Assembly: GCA_023920165.1 (NCBI GenBank)
Contig: CP089278.1
Location: forward strand, 2,914,001 to 2,978,000
Source of the DNA: Curvularia clavata
Lineage: Eukaryota
Direction: 5' to 3'
DNA: 64,000 nucleotides
Under the pieces are notes generated by a model. The model made no database searches. It saw nothing but the letters and a program-made list of their open reading frames with translations, and was not told the DNA's origin. Made by a program: the position numbers and the translations under genes. Below are positions 48,517 through 59,799 of this stretch, piece after piece. Numbering within the stretch: the first letter of the stretch is position 1; each line of letters opens with the position of its first letter.

Positions 48517-49336
48517 GGCTGATGGTGGCCGTCCGTAGCTTTCCTTGAATCAGTGCGTCGACCAGGACTCCGCTAGTTGAGTCGGACCACTCGGGTATTG
48601 AAAAATCAGTTCGAATTCGAATACATCCGAATTATACTCTGTCCATTCAGCTCATCTAGGGTATTCTGCACGTTCGACTATTTTACGAGAATTACAATAC
48701 ACACATCGTGTGTACCTGTGGATTGTTATGCAAAGAATGACGGGAATCAGACAGCATGGGGATCTGCAGGGAGCGATATCGATTGGATTACTGACTAATG
48801 CATTGATCGTGGGAGTCTTTTGCACAACTGTGCATAGGCCTCTTTTCTCTCTCTTTCTTGTTAGTTCGTGACAAAGAATTCATAAAAGTCCAGATCTTAT
48901 CCCATGATACCCTAGCGTGTCGGATGGGATGGGACAATTTCTAAAATACATCGAGAGTCATCCTTTCCTATTCTCGTTGATTAATCGTTTTAGTTATAAT
49001 TATCCATTCTACTCCATGCAACAGCGAGTTTCTAGGTTTCTTTCAGGATTTAAGACATCTATCCAACTATCATAGCATCCAATACTTCAACATGTACGGC
49101 GTAGGTGGTAGTAGCAAAAAGGCCTCGGCAGTGGCATACCGTCTTTCGAGTAGTAGGCTCAAGAAGATAGCGATCATGTGTGGCTTAGGTTATAAAGTAT
49201 CGGGGAAGTATGGAATAGATGTACATAGAATAAGTGTGTACCGTATGGATGTCATTCATAGATAGCAAAGTGTATCTTCTCAAGAAGCCTGTTACTGGGC
49301 TAAATGGTTGGTAAGATGACAAGGATTGTATATCAT

Positions 49337-49378
49337 CACGTGATACCGCATGACCGCGTGTCGTTAGGCGCGTCGCGA
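49337..49378 (+). promoter_or_regulatory. CACGTG and CGCG (MCB-like) cluster upstream of RDH54
   Basis: TCACGTGA, CCGCGTG and GGCGCGTCGCGA lie within ~130 nt of the ATG of a DNA-repair gene. Confidence 0.35.
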
Positions 49379-49467
49379 TCTCCACGCTCCGCCTCGTCAA
49401 CTCACAACGCCACTCTGTCAACACTCTCCCCAACAGAGATGTCCTTGGACAATCAAGGTCTTTTACT

Positions 49468-52143
49468 ATGAAGCCTTTCCGACCTCTTACTCTCTCGCGC
49501 CCTCGCTCCGACAATGTCGAACCACCAAATAAGAAGCGAAGAATCGGCCCTAACGCGCTGCCCTCAAACAACCGCCAGCCGCTCAACACGCTGAACAACC
49601 CCCCACCTGTGCAATTCTTACCCCCAAGTCTCGAAGGAAACTATTATACAGTACTGTGGCGGAAACCTACAACCAAAAAGAACAAAACATGGGATGGAGA
49701 TGGTGTGCTTGCCGTTGTGGGTGGCTACGCCACACTGACGGATAGCGAGACTGGAAAGGAGCTGGGAAAGGGAGCATGCAACCGACCACTTCTTCCTGGC
49801 TCTACACTTTCTATCGGAAGTAGAGAGCTTGAGATAGAAAGCTCTATGGACAAATCGGATTACCTTGCAGGACGCATGTTCCTGGGTACAACTACAGCTG
49901 CTCCGGTTGAGCAACCAAAACGACCTGAGCCAGGATACAAACCTCCGTTGTCGACCAACCCAAGTTTGAAGAAAAAACATGTCACTGCTAACGATGGTGA
50001 AAGCGTACCCGAGTACAAGCCATCAAATCAACGGAACCAACAGTTCAGGACACCTCTGTTATCCAGCACGGTCATGCCGCAGCGCAACCCATCGATTCCA
50101 CAGCCTCGTCACGATCCAAATGCGCCGAACGCTCTGATCATGAAACGACCTGATTCCTGTCCCAAGGGAAAACAGATTGTTGACGTCGTCGTTGACCCGG
50201 TCCTAGGCAAGCATCTCCGCGACCATCAACGTGAGGGCGTGCAGTTTCTGTATGAATGTGTTATGGGCATGCGGTGCGCGGGCGAAGGTGCCATCATGGC
50301 GGATGAAATGGGCTTGGGTAAAACACTGCAGACCATCACGCTTCTCTGGACGCTCTTGAAGCAAAGTCCCATAAGCGATTCTCCCCCAGTCATCAAGAAA
50401 GCCCTCATTGTCTGTCCTGCTGGTCTGGTTGATAACTGGAAACGCGAGTTCCGCAAATGGCTTGGCAATGAAAGAGTTGGTGTGTTTGTTCTGGATACAA
50501 AGAACAAGAAAATTGCCAACTTCACCATGGGCAAGTCTTACAATATTATGATTGTCGGATACGAGATGCTCCGTATTGTTCAAGAAGAGCTAAAAAAGGG
50601 TAGTGGTATCGACATTGTCATTGCAGACGAGGGACATAGATTGAAGACGGCGAACAACAAAGCCATGCTTGCTATTCAGTCTCTGAACACGGAGAGGCGC
50701 ATCATTCTGTCTGGTACCCCGCTACAGAACGATCTTGGAGAGTTCTACACTGCCATCGATTTCGTTAACCCCGGACTCCTGGGACAACGATCATCTTTTA
50801 AACGATCGTTCGAGTTGCCTATTATGCGCAGTCGTCAACCGGATGCAAGCGAATCAGAACTTGAAAAGGGAGAGGCTCAGTGGAAAGAGCTTGTGTCTCT
50901 GACTAGCCAATTCATTATTCGGCGGACCGCCGAAGTACTTTCAAAGTACCTGCCACCAAAAACTGAGCACATTGTATTTTGTAAGCCTACCAAAGGGCAA
51001 GCGGAAGCTTACCGCGCGATCCTGGGCTCGCCGACGTTCAGCATGGCTCTGGGCAGTACAGATATTGCACTGCAGCTCATCAATGTACTAAAGAAAGTCT
51101 GTAATAGTCCTTCCTTGCTAAAGTCATCCAAGGACAATGAAGACACGCCGTCAGAGATGCTGCAATCAATACTTCCACTCATCCCTAGCAAAATCCTCAA
51201 CTCCAGCGCCTCGAGCGCAAAGCTAAGACTGCTTGACAATCTAGTTCATTCCATTTACACCACAACGGATGAAAAGGTTGTTATTGTTTCGAACTACACA
51301 ACCACACTTGATATGATTGAACGCCTTCTCGTATCGCTCTCTTACACTTACCTACGACTTGACGGTAGCACGCCCGCTTCCAAGCGTCAAGCGCTTGTCG
51401 AAAAGTTCAACAAAACAACTAAGATGACCTCTTTCGCTTTTCTACTTTCAGCCAAATCCGGTGGTGTAGGCCTCAACCTCATTGGTGCATCACGCATTGT
51501 GCTTTTTGACATCGACTGGAACCCTGCTACAGACCTGCAGGCCATGGCGCGGATTCATCGCGACGGCCAGAAGCTGCCATGTAAGGTATACCGGTTCCTA
51601 ATTCAAGGAGGTTTGGATGAGAAGATTTACCAGCGCCAAGTGATGAAAATGGGACTTGCCAATGCGGTCGTAGATAACAAGGTCTCTGCAGTTTCCTTTT
51701 CGAAGGAAGAGCTTCGCGATCTGTTCCGCCTGGATGAGCGTGAAGGATGCCAGACTCACGATTTGCTGGGATGTGCGTGTGACTGCCGGGGTTCGCTCGA
51801 AGTCGGTTCTGGCGTTGAAGCCAAGGAGAGTGAAGAAGACAACGATGAGGAAGATGAATTATTGCCTACGCTGCAGAAAGCAAGCGAGGTCAACATCGAA
51901 GAGCAGGAAGCGAGGATTCAAGCGAGACGCACTGCGAAGATGCCCAAGCTGAGGATGCTAATGGAGTATCGTCACATCGATACTAAAATTCTGAAGGACG
52001 TGGCGAGGAGGGAGAGAGAGGAAAGTGCTGAGGATGAGGCTGTGGAGGCCGTGGCGGTCGCGGTCGATGATGATGTTTTCCTTAACATCTTGAAACAGCC
52101 GGAGTGCAATGTGGGCTTCTTGCTGACGAAGTCGACGTCTTAG
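49468..52143 (+). CDS. RDH54: SNF2-family recombination ATPase, Rdh54/Rad54B type
   Basis: WRKPTTKKNKTWDGDG N-terminal motif; IMADEMGLGKT, DEGHRLK, LSGTPLQN, GGVGLNLIGA and WNPATDLQAMARIHRDGQ. Confidence 0.9.
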   Translation: MKPFRPLTLSRPRSDNVEPPNKKRRIGPNALPSNNRQPLNTLNNPPPVQFLPPSLEGNYYTVLWRKPTTKKNKTWDGDGVLAVVGGYATLTDSETGKELGKGACNRPLLPGSTLSIGSRELEIESSMDKSDYLAGRMFLGTTTAAPVEQPKRPEPGYKPPLSTNPSLKKKHVTANDGESVPEYKPSNQRNQQFRTPLLSSTVMPQRNPSIPQPRHDPNAPNALIMKRPDSCPKGKQIVDVVVDPVLGKHLRDHQREGVQFLYECVMGMRCAGEGAIMADEMGLGKTLQTITLLWTLLKQSPISDSPPVIKKALIVCPAGLVDNWKREFRKWLGNERVGVFVLDTKNKKIANFTMGKSYNIMIVGYEMLRIVQEELKKGSGIDIVIADEGHRLKTANNKAMLAIQSLNTERRIILSGTPLQNDLGEFYTAIDFVNPGLLGQRSSFKRSFELPIMRSRQPDASESELEKGEAQWKELVSLTSQFIIRRTAEVLSKYLPPKTEHIVFCKPTKGQAEAYRAILGSPTFSMALGSTDIALQLINVLKKVCNSPSLLKSSKDNEDTPSEMLQSILPLIPSKILNSSASSAKLRLLDNLVHSIYTTTDEKVVIVSNYTTTLDMIERLLVSLSYTYLRLDGSTPASKRQALVEKFNKTTKMTSFAFLLSAKSGGVGLNLIGASRIVLFDIDWNPATDLQAMARIHRDGQKLPCKVYRFLIQGGLDEKIYQRQVMKMGLANAVVDNKVSAVSFSKEELRDLFRLDEREGCQTHDLLGCACDCRGSLEVGSGVEAKESEEDNDEEDELLPTLQKASEVNIEEQEARIQARRTAKMPKLRMLMEYRHIDTKILKDVARREREESAEDEAVEAVAVAVDDDVFLNILKQPECNVGFLLTKSTS

Positions 52144-52620
52144 ATCTCGTTCAAGGTAGTCAGTCAAAGGGTGTATCAGTAGCAGGCCTAATAACGTTAG
52201 CCGATTCCCATATGCATAGCTTTGGCATTTCTTTGGCACAGTAAATGGTTAATGACATGGTTTCCTATTGAATAGATATAGAGATGAAAGTCATACAGCG
52301 GCGGCAGTGAATGATCCTATTATAGATTACTACATTATTATCTGTCGTGCAACAGGCATGATGTTGGAGACAATTGTGAAGCACTCGAGTTTTGGACTGG
52401 AAATTGAATTATTCGACTACAAGTACAAAGATACAGGATGTATGACATGGCTCAACTCATAAGAGCATCTTGGAAGTTCCATCATGACAACTCCTTTATT
52501 ATGGAACGTTGGAAGAGCTGGTAGCTCTGGACAGAGTATGTGATCGACAAGAATAGTTTGCGAAAACTGATATGCGGAATTTGGCCATCTCCAGCAGTCC
52601 ATCTTGTCAGAATAATTCTG

Positions 52621-53513
52621 CTCTATGTGGTTGAAACGTTAGTCTGGGCGAAGATTGCTGACAATATGGGTAACTTACAGGGCGTGTCATCCGGCTCAGA
52701 GGAGGTTTTGAGCCTGTCCTTGTAGCAGGGTGCGTCCTTCTTGGTGTGCTCATGGTATTTGCAACTGTCAAAGTCTTTGAAAAATTCGGTCGGAGGAACT
52801 CGAGAAACACCAGTTCGTATTTTCGAACCCATCGCAATCGCCAGGTCTAGGAGAAACTCATACGGATAGGTTTCTTGAGACATCTCCAGGAAGGAATCCG
52901 GACTCCATGTGTTGATGACGGTGTCAACAACGAATCGTCGATGTGGAGATCGAGCAGCGGAGTTGTTATAAATCACCGTAGGAAGACTCGGAATGAAGGA
53001 GTCTTCAGCGGCCAAGCTGTTGATCAACTCATCAATCATTGCATCTTTGAATTCATCGTCTTCGATGAGAGCGGCCAGCTTGTAACATCGACAGATATTG
53101 AAGAGCTCCTCGTCCGTGTATCTCTGTTCACCCATCCATGTATCGTGTATCTCGATTTTGCAATAACTAAGCCATTTCGTATAGATTTTGAAAGCGTTGG
53201 TATGACATCCAACCAGAGGAAAAGTCTTTTTTCCTCTCTCTTGCCACCAGTCTGAGCTGAAGATTCTTTTGAAGTACTTTGAGCTTGAATAAAGTTGCTT
53301 CATAGGCACAGAGAACGCTCTACGATACTCTCCGACCTCAATGTCGACGTGCTCGAAAGCAAGCAATGGTGTCTTGTCAGCAACGAATTCAACCTCGGGG
53401 GATTCCGAGCATGACTCGGACTCGGAAGAGTAGCGTGATCTCTTATTGGCTTCGCCATTGCCATGACGCTCATCCTCGTGGCCACGCTTCCTGGAGCTTT
53501 CTGGGTTACTCAT
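52621..53513 (-). CDS. Fungal BTB/POZ-domain protein
   Basis: VDIEVG..FSVPMKQL..SSKYF, FKIYTKWL, FKDAMID, SPHRRFVVD and CKYHEH. A likely terminal intron 52623-52678 splits the TAG stop. Confidence 0.8.
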
Positions 53514-53542
53514 TTTACTATTGAATAACGGCTTGCCTCGAG

Positions 53543-53630
53543 TTGTAGGGGTTGCGATTTGTAGGGGTTGCGATTTGCAGGGGTTGCGATTTGTAGGAGT
53601 TGTAATTTGTAAGGGTTTTGAGTTGTGGGA
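53543..53630 (+). repeat. 16-bp tandem repeat (TTGTAGGGGTTGCGAT), ~5.5 copies
   Basis: Units read directly: TTGTAGGGGTTGCGAT x2, TTGCAGGGGTTGCGAT, TTGTAGGAGTTGTAAT, TTGTAAGGGTTTTGAG, TTGTGGGA. Confidence 0.9.
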
Positions 53631-54472
53631 TTGAGCGGCAGAATATATAGCTGCTGGACTGCACCAAGTGAAAGCATTGTCCCGTGCTCATTGTGGCCAA
53701 TAGCGGCCACCGCTTTCAACGCGGCAACGTTGTGTGCAAACAAAGGTGAGTGTGAAGTCTGTGCCTAATGGATGAAAGGGCAACGTCATTGTTCATGAGA
53801 AGAAACAAGGCCCGTCAATATGGCCACACAGGTGCCGGAACTCAAGATCGTAATCCCACTGTCGATGTTTGTTACATTGAGAAGGAGACACTTCAAGCAA
53901 GAGATGTAATTTCGAAGCATGCAAGAACACATGAGAGCTCTACATACACGTGACATGACTACCTATGCTTCACCAAGCCATTGTAGGCAGGCATGGCATA
54001 TTTCCCCAGCGCGAGCACACAGAAACGGTAACGATGCCCTCGGGACAGACTATGCGACAACACTCCATCACAATGCACAGCAAAGATGTCTATATATGTG
54101 AAAGACTATCTGATTAATTGTTTTGTTCAAGACATACGTAAACTAAATACCCTAGTCAGCCCATGCAGTATACAAATTGAAGCCCTAAAACCTTGGAGGG
54201 AAGAAACGACAACAACCCAAGGAAGCATCTAGAAAAGGCGGGGAAAAAGAATCGAGAAGAGAGCTTTAAAAAAGACATTCCGGGTATACGCTTCCAGGAC
54301 GAACATGTCGTTTTCGTAACATTCACCGTTAAGCGCCATGTGCCATGAGTTGCTATGAAAAGAAAAGAAAAAAACAAAGCAAGGCAGGGAAAAAAGTCAT
54401 GAGGGAAGATGGAACATCAGACGTTGTATAACAGTCGGAGAGATGTGCCGAAAGACGCAAGGACGAGAGTGG

Positions 54473-55381
54473 CTATGAACCGCTCATATGCAGCTCCGGG
54501 CCCAAGAAGTCGGCCTCTTCAAAGTCACTGCTACTACCCGCACCGACGCGCCCCTCGATCCCGGCGGTATTTTCAAAATCCATGTCAATGTCATCATCGC
54601 TAATAGTTCGCTTCGTGGGACGTCTTCTCCTCGGTTGCGCATACTGGCGTGTGGGGGGCAGCGTGTTGACGATTTGAGGGGGTGTCGCACTCAATGGGCT
54701 GACAGGCACATCGTCGAATTCGACGGCCATGGCTCCTCTTGTTGACGACGTGCGCGCATCAAAGAGGAAGTTTGTGTTTATTGGCCTGACCTCGTCTTCG
54801 TCGTGCCACGAGCGTTTCGAGGGGTTGTGGAGGCGTTGCGACGAAGGAGACGTGGCCGAGTAGTAGCCACTATCGGTGGAAGATTGGCTTGAGAAAGGTT
54901 GGGTAAAAGCATCAGCTGTCAGGGGAAAGGTGTGAGCTGGTCGTGGGTTGGTTGTTGATGTGTAGAGATGTGGGTTTGTGGTGGGCTGTTCAGCAAAACC
55001 GCCAATCTTGTGCAGGCCGCAGAAGGGCAGCAGCTCGCGCTGGTGTTGATAATCATCAGGCACATCTTCACGCGGCGGCTTGACGTCCAAACGAGGTCTC
55101 GCTCTGATGAAGGGGTCTGTCGATGACGAGAGCATCTTGTGCGTCTTGTAGCCTTCGGACACGCTCTTTCGCACTCTCATGCCCACACTCAGCAAGTCTG
55201 CCTGGACCGGGCCAGGGACGTCGGGGGCGAGGCGCTCTCGTCGCGGACGGGTAATCGGGTCCAGGCCCCGCAGATCGTCGTGGTCGTGCAAGTCGTCCCG
55301 CACCTCGAAATAGCTTGTGATGCTGGGCTGGACCTGTCTCTTGCTGCGGTGTTGGTCAGTCGGCGTGGGCCCAAGTTGCAT
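54473..55381 (-). CDS. Ribonucleotide reductase inhibitor family (Spd1/Dif1-like), disordered protein
   Basis: LLSVGMRVRKSVSEGYKT family motif, PIP-degron-like QPSITSYF and C-terminal DFEEADFL. First ATG at 55381. Confidence 0.78.
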   Translation of the reverse strand: MQLGPTPTDQHRSKRQVQPSITSYFEVRDDLHDHDDLRGLDPITRPRRERLAPDVPGPVQADLLSVGMRVRKSVSEGYKTHKMLSSSTDPFIRARPRLDVKPPREDVPDDYQHQRELLPFCGLHKIGGFAEQPTTNPHLYTSTTNPRPAHTFPLTADAFTQPFSSQSSTDSGYYSATSPSSQRLHNPSKRSWHDEDEVRPINTNFLFDARTSSTRGAMAVEFDDVPVSPLSATPPQIVNTLPPTRQYAQPRRRRPTKRTISDDDIDMDFENTAGIEGRVGAGSSSDFEEADFLGPELHMSGS

Positions 55382-56446
55382 AGTGATTGCAGAGTGTGAG
55401 CAGACAGGAGAAAGAGAGGGAGAGAGGGAAACGACGGCGGCCCCGGACAGGCTAAACAATTATGCAGCCTCGTTGCCGCGGTGGAGAGGGGTGATCTTTC
55501 TGATGCCGCTTGGATGCACGCTCGAGCCCTCGGCCGGGGGCGGATGGATCTAATCGGCTTATCGAGGAACGGCGGATAGAAATGGCGACGGCCGTCTCAG
55601 CACTGGCGACGCACAAGATTGGAGGCCACCAGCACAAAGAGAGTTTATACCGCGTCTGGGGCAGCTGATATAACACAACCAGCCCGCCCGCGCGCCCGCC
55701 CAAACGGGAGCAAATGGTGATCGCTGACCAGCTTACTCACGGGATCCACTGCGGGAGGCGGGCGCACCAACGCAGAACGTGAAGCGACGCTCAGACTTCT
55801 TGTACACGCACTCCGCCGCTGAAACTGCTCCAACTTTTGCCTGGTTTCGCTACAGTCTGTCATTGCCCGTACCAAAAAACCTTGATCTCTGTTGTCCATT
55901 CTTGCTTCTCCACAGCGACAAATAGTTGTACTCCTGCTAGCGGCCGTAAAATGCCATGCCTAACATTGCATCAAGCGTCGCGCCACGCCGCCGCTACCGA
56001 CAAGTATGATTAAGGCCATGGAATTGCACTACGTCACATACCTGACTATTGTCCACAGAATGCTTACGCACTTTGCTCGCCAATGGTCCATGCTCAATTG
56101 GTTGTATCGTCGGTCGGGGCAGGCGGCCGCTAAGCTAAACTCATCGGCCTCAGATCGCTAACACGTTCAAGCTACACGGCATTGGTAACACATCCGCTGC
56201 TTGCAATAGCTCAATTGATTTGTTCAAAGTGGTAAATCCAGAATATACATACCCCATCAAATTTCTGCCAGTAGAAGGACCTGTAGCGCCAGTACACCAT
56301 TACGCCCCCAAGTGGATATCAATTCAATCTCTCCTCGCCCATCAAGTCCCGTCCAGGGATACACCCAACATCTGGCCTGCTTCCGAGCCCACCACTGCTG
56401 AGCGCATCCATGTCTCAGTAACCAACACTGCACTCTGTTGCCGCTC

Positions 56447-57160
56447 TCAAGGCAGGTTTGCAGGGATATTACCCATCTCAACCTCCTTCCTATGTTGCCG
56501 GGCAGCCCACTTATCTGCGATCCATGTCACAATCGTGACACCCATGCTAGCACCAACAAGCAGGAAGACGACAAGCGTTCCCCAGAGAGCAAACTTGCTC
56601 GATTGGCAAAGCGACTTGAAGTCACTGTTGCCCATACCGGCTGGCATAGCAATGCCCTCGGGTAAGTTTTGCTCGAGCGGCCGCGAGCTCTGCATCTTGC
56701 AAGTCCATGTCTGAATGGTATCAACCTCGGGCGCGTTGCCGTTCAGCACGTGGGCCCAGACAGTAGTAATCAAGGTGAGAAGGAGAGTGGGGAGAAGCGT
56801 GCCCAAGGAGAGGAGAGCACGAAGGGTATATTTCTGGCGAAGAGCCAACTGATCGACGTTAGTCTACACATCTGCTAAGAGACATCACTGCAAGACAAGG
56901 CATACCTTAGGAATGAAAGACGCAATCAGGAAAGTACCGCAAAGAACCAAAGTCACTACTGACGAGGCAATAAGCGCCTTGGTTCCCTGGACGTCAAAGT
57001 GCTGCGGCCACATTGGTACCCACCATGGGTTGGAAAGGTGTTGTTTGTTGAAGACATGGAGGGTGTGTGCCGAAGTACCGAGGATAGCGATGCTGAGGAC
57101 AACGACGATGCCGGTGATGATGGCCTGGGCCAAGTGGAAAGGAGCGGGGTTGATCTTCAT
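56447..57160 (-). CDS. Hypothetical four-transmembrane protein
   Basis: Two hydrophobic ORFs joined in frame by intron 56849-56905; a luminal DTIQTWTC..LC Cys pair. Confidence 0.75.
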
Positions 57161-58149
57161 CTTGAAAAACGTATTTCTTCCAAGTTTGATCTCGTAGTAT
57201 TATTTGTATTCGAGAAGCGTAATAAGAAACAGCAACAAGGTATAATGCGGGTTTCGTTTGGCAGGTGTCAACCAGGAGCACCTGTATTCTGGTTTGAAAA
57301 TGAATGGAAAAGGAGGGGCCAGGAACGCAAAGGATGACGAAACGTAAAAAGGCAGACCGTTGAAAAAGGCCAGATATAAAGTTTCTCAGGCCCTTCAAGA
57401 GAAACTATGTACTTGAGCTGGTATCAAACGAAAAGTAAGCTGGGAGGGTGATGGGTGGCCAAACATGCCTTTAAAACAACCTTGGTCGCAATTGCGGTTT
57501 CAAGCCTACAGAACACCTGTGCTGTCACCCGCTGCCCCTGCAAGCCACCCATCCATCCCAAAGCGTAGCTCGCGCCCTGAAAATAGACGAACTATCGCAG
57601 AGAAACAATGGGCAAATCTGTCTTGCCGCTGCGACTAACCACTGGTGCCCGGGCGTGGGCAGCGCTAGGATACCGGCATCTGCGATGCTGGCCTTGTCAT
57701 TCGCAGCGCGTAGCTCTGCAGCCCAGGCCTAGAATAGAAGTATTAGCCCCCATCCCTCGCTCTCTTGCACCGTAACTGCATGTGGTACATTTAGCAACAC
57801 ATACATTCACAGTTTGCGCGTGGGTATGCAGCTTATTGGCAAGCTAGTTCCCCATGTTGTGAAATTTGCCAGCCAATCAGCACGCAGAAGCAGTACCTTT
57901 TACAGCAGCGTAAGCGCCGACACTTGGCCCGAAGCAGTTCCATCTGCACCTTGAGTCGCTTTTTTTTTCGAAGCGCCCAGTGTGCAGTTGGCGTTTCATG
58001 GTCTGTGGAACCTGCATTTTGTGTTGCTTGGAGAACATTCATTCGATGGTTGGAGGGGGTCAGCGTAGCCGAGTATCCGTCCCCCCTTGAGAGACCTGAG
58101 TTTGTGAGTATTTTCTCCCTTCGCGCCGAACTACCAAGCCACAGTGTTT

Positions 58150-58470
58150 GCGAGACGGTATTATCAATAAACAGGTGGGGATATACGGGTGGAGGCAGTG
58201 GAGCTTGCGCCCATAGAGCGTCTGCTACTCGTTCCAAGTCAATAATTCCAGTCGGAAAGCCATGTTGATCAAGATTTAGTACCACTGAACAAGCAACTGT
58301 TCCTTATTGGCTGGAGCCTGCAACTGCCGGGCATGGTCTCTGGTTACGGCTGAAAACCGCGAACTTGTGTAGGCAACGTTGACTTTGGTACGCTGTATGC
58401 TTTGGCCAAAACGCAGAGAGATTCTGGTGAGCAACTGAACTTTCAAGCTCACGATACGCTGCTCAAAACA
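58150..58470 (-). mobile_element. Degenerate pogo/Fot1 transposase N-terminal fragment (psq and CENP-B HTH)
   Basis: Frameshifted pieces AKAYSVPKSTL, EQLLVQW and VLNLDQHGFPTGIIDLERVADAL resemble pogo EQxLVQWILDLDRRGFPPxIIDVRRMAD. Boundaries are approximate. Confidence 0.65.
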
Positions 58471-58523
58471 CTCGTAGCTGTAAAGTTACTTCTGAACTGT
58501 ATAACACTTCATGGTCTAGTAGT

Positions 58524-59799
58524 CTAATTTGACTCGCCGAATGTCGAACCAATCTCTCCCCACTTGACTCGGCTGAAGGTCACAGTGGGATTCTTCACCT
58601 TTTGCTGAATAGCGTCAGGGAAGCCTTCAGTGGCGTTGCAGGGACCATTGAGGCCACCGTCAAGCCAACTCATCCCACCAGTCTGGTCCCACCAAAGGCT
58701 GAATACAAGGACCATTCCTCGTGCGAGCGCGTCTCCCATTGTCTTGTGGCCACCGAACTTGTTGTACTCTTTGGCGCGGCCCTGGGCTGAGCACCAGACC
58801 TGATCCATAGTGACGTTCTGCATGGCGTTTTCGATGACAATACCGTCCTGGACATACTTGCGAACAATGGCTTGAAGCACTCCATACTTGGCAGGGAACT
58901 GAGTGACGACGGTGAATGGCCTAGTCGTGTCGACTTTAAGGCCAGGGCCGTAGAAGTCCTTGGAGTTCCGGAAGTTGTATGCGTTGTCTCCACAGCCGGT
59001 TTTGCCGCAAACACCAGCTACACCACAGTCCTCGGTACCAGAGCACCTGATCAGGCCCTCCTTTGCGCAAACATGCGGCGCAATCTGGTTGGCGCGACTA
59101 TTGGCTTCCCAAATATCCATCTCGTTGCAGCAAGCGCCTTCCGAGTTAACGTTGCCCTGCAACAGGTCAGCTATGGCTTAACAGGAATCCAACTGTGCTT
59201 ACTTCGCCATTTATAAAAGGCCTGATATTACACTGTGCATCGCAGTACCCGGTGCCAAAACTCGCACCTGCGGCATTAAGATCCGAACGGCCACCATTAG
59301 CTTCCATCTCACTTAGGTATAACGCGCTGTTCATGCCGCAAGGCAACTTCGACATATCCACATCGAAAGAAAACTCGTTGCCATTCAACTGCAGCATTTC
59401 GTATTTTTGTTTATCCTCCGCCAGCAGGTACACTCTAGGACTCGAATATACTCCGCTCGGATTAAACATATCTAGACGGAGCTTCTCGCCATCTGTAAAC
59501 ACAGCCTGTGTCGTGTAGTTCTGAATGCCTTCGATAATACAGTTTTTGGCACATGTCTCCTTATCCGGACAGGCTGCAGTATTCAGCGGATTAGTTCTGT
59601 CGCCGCAGCTTGAGTTCGAATTGGCTACATGAATATTGTGTCTCAGAGCGTCGATGACAACCGCCGTATCTAGTGCCTTGCATCCACCTGCTTTGGTGCA
59701 TTTGTAGGTTGTGAGCTTAGGCTGCACTTCAGGTGTAGTTCCTAGGGTTTGGGCGGCAGCTAGGCCGAACAGGGTTGCTGCGAGAAACAATGGCGTCAT
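58524..59799 (-). CDS. GH7 endoglucanase (no CBM1)
   Basis: Signal peptide; SPRVYLL, LPCGMNSALY, GTGYCDAQC and catalytic CCNEMDIWEANS. Intron 59157-59202. Confidence 0.94.

Noticed and set aside
53543..53630. Interstitial telomere or CRISPR-like array
   Set aside because: The unit is 16 bp, not TTAGGG, and there are no spacers.
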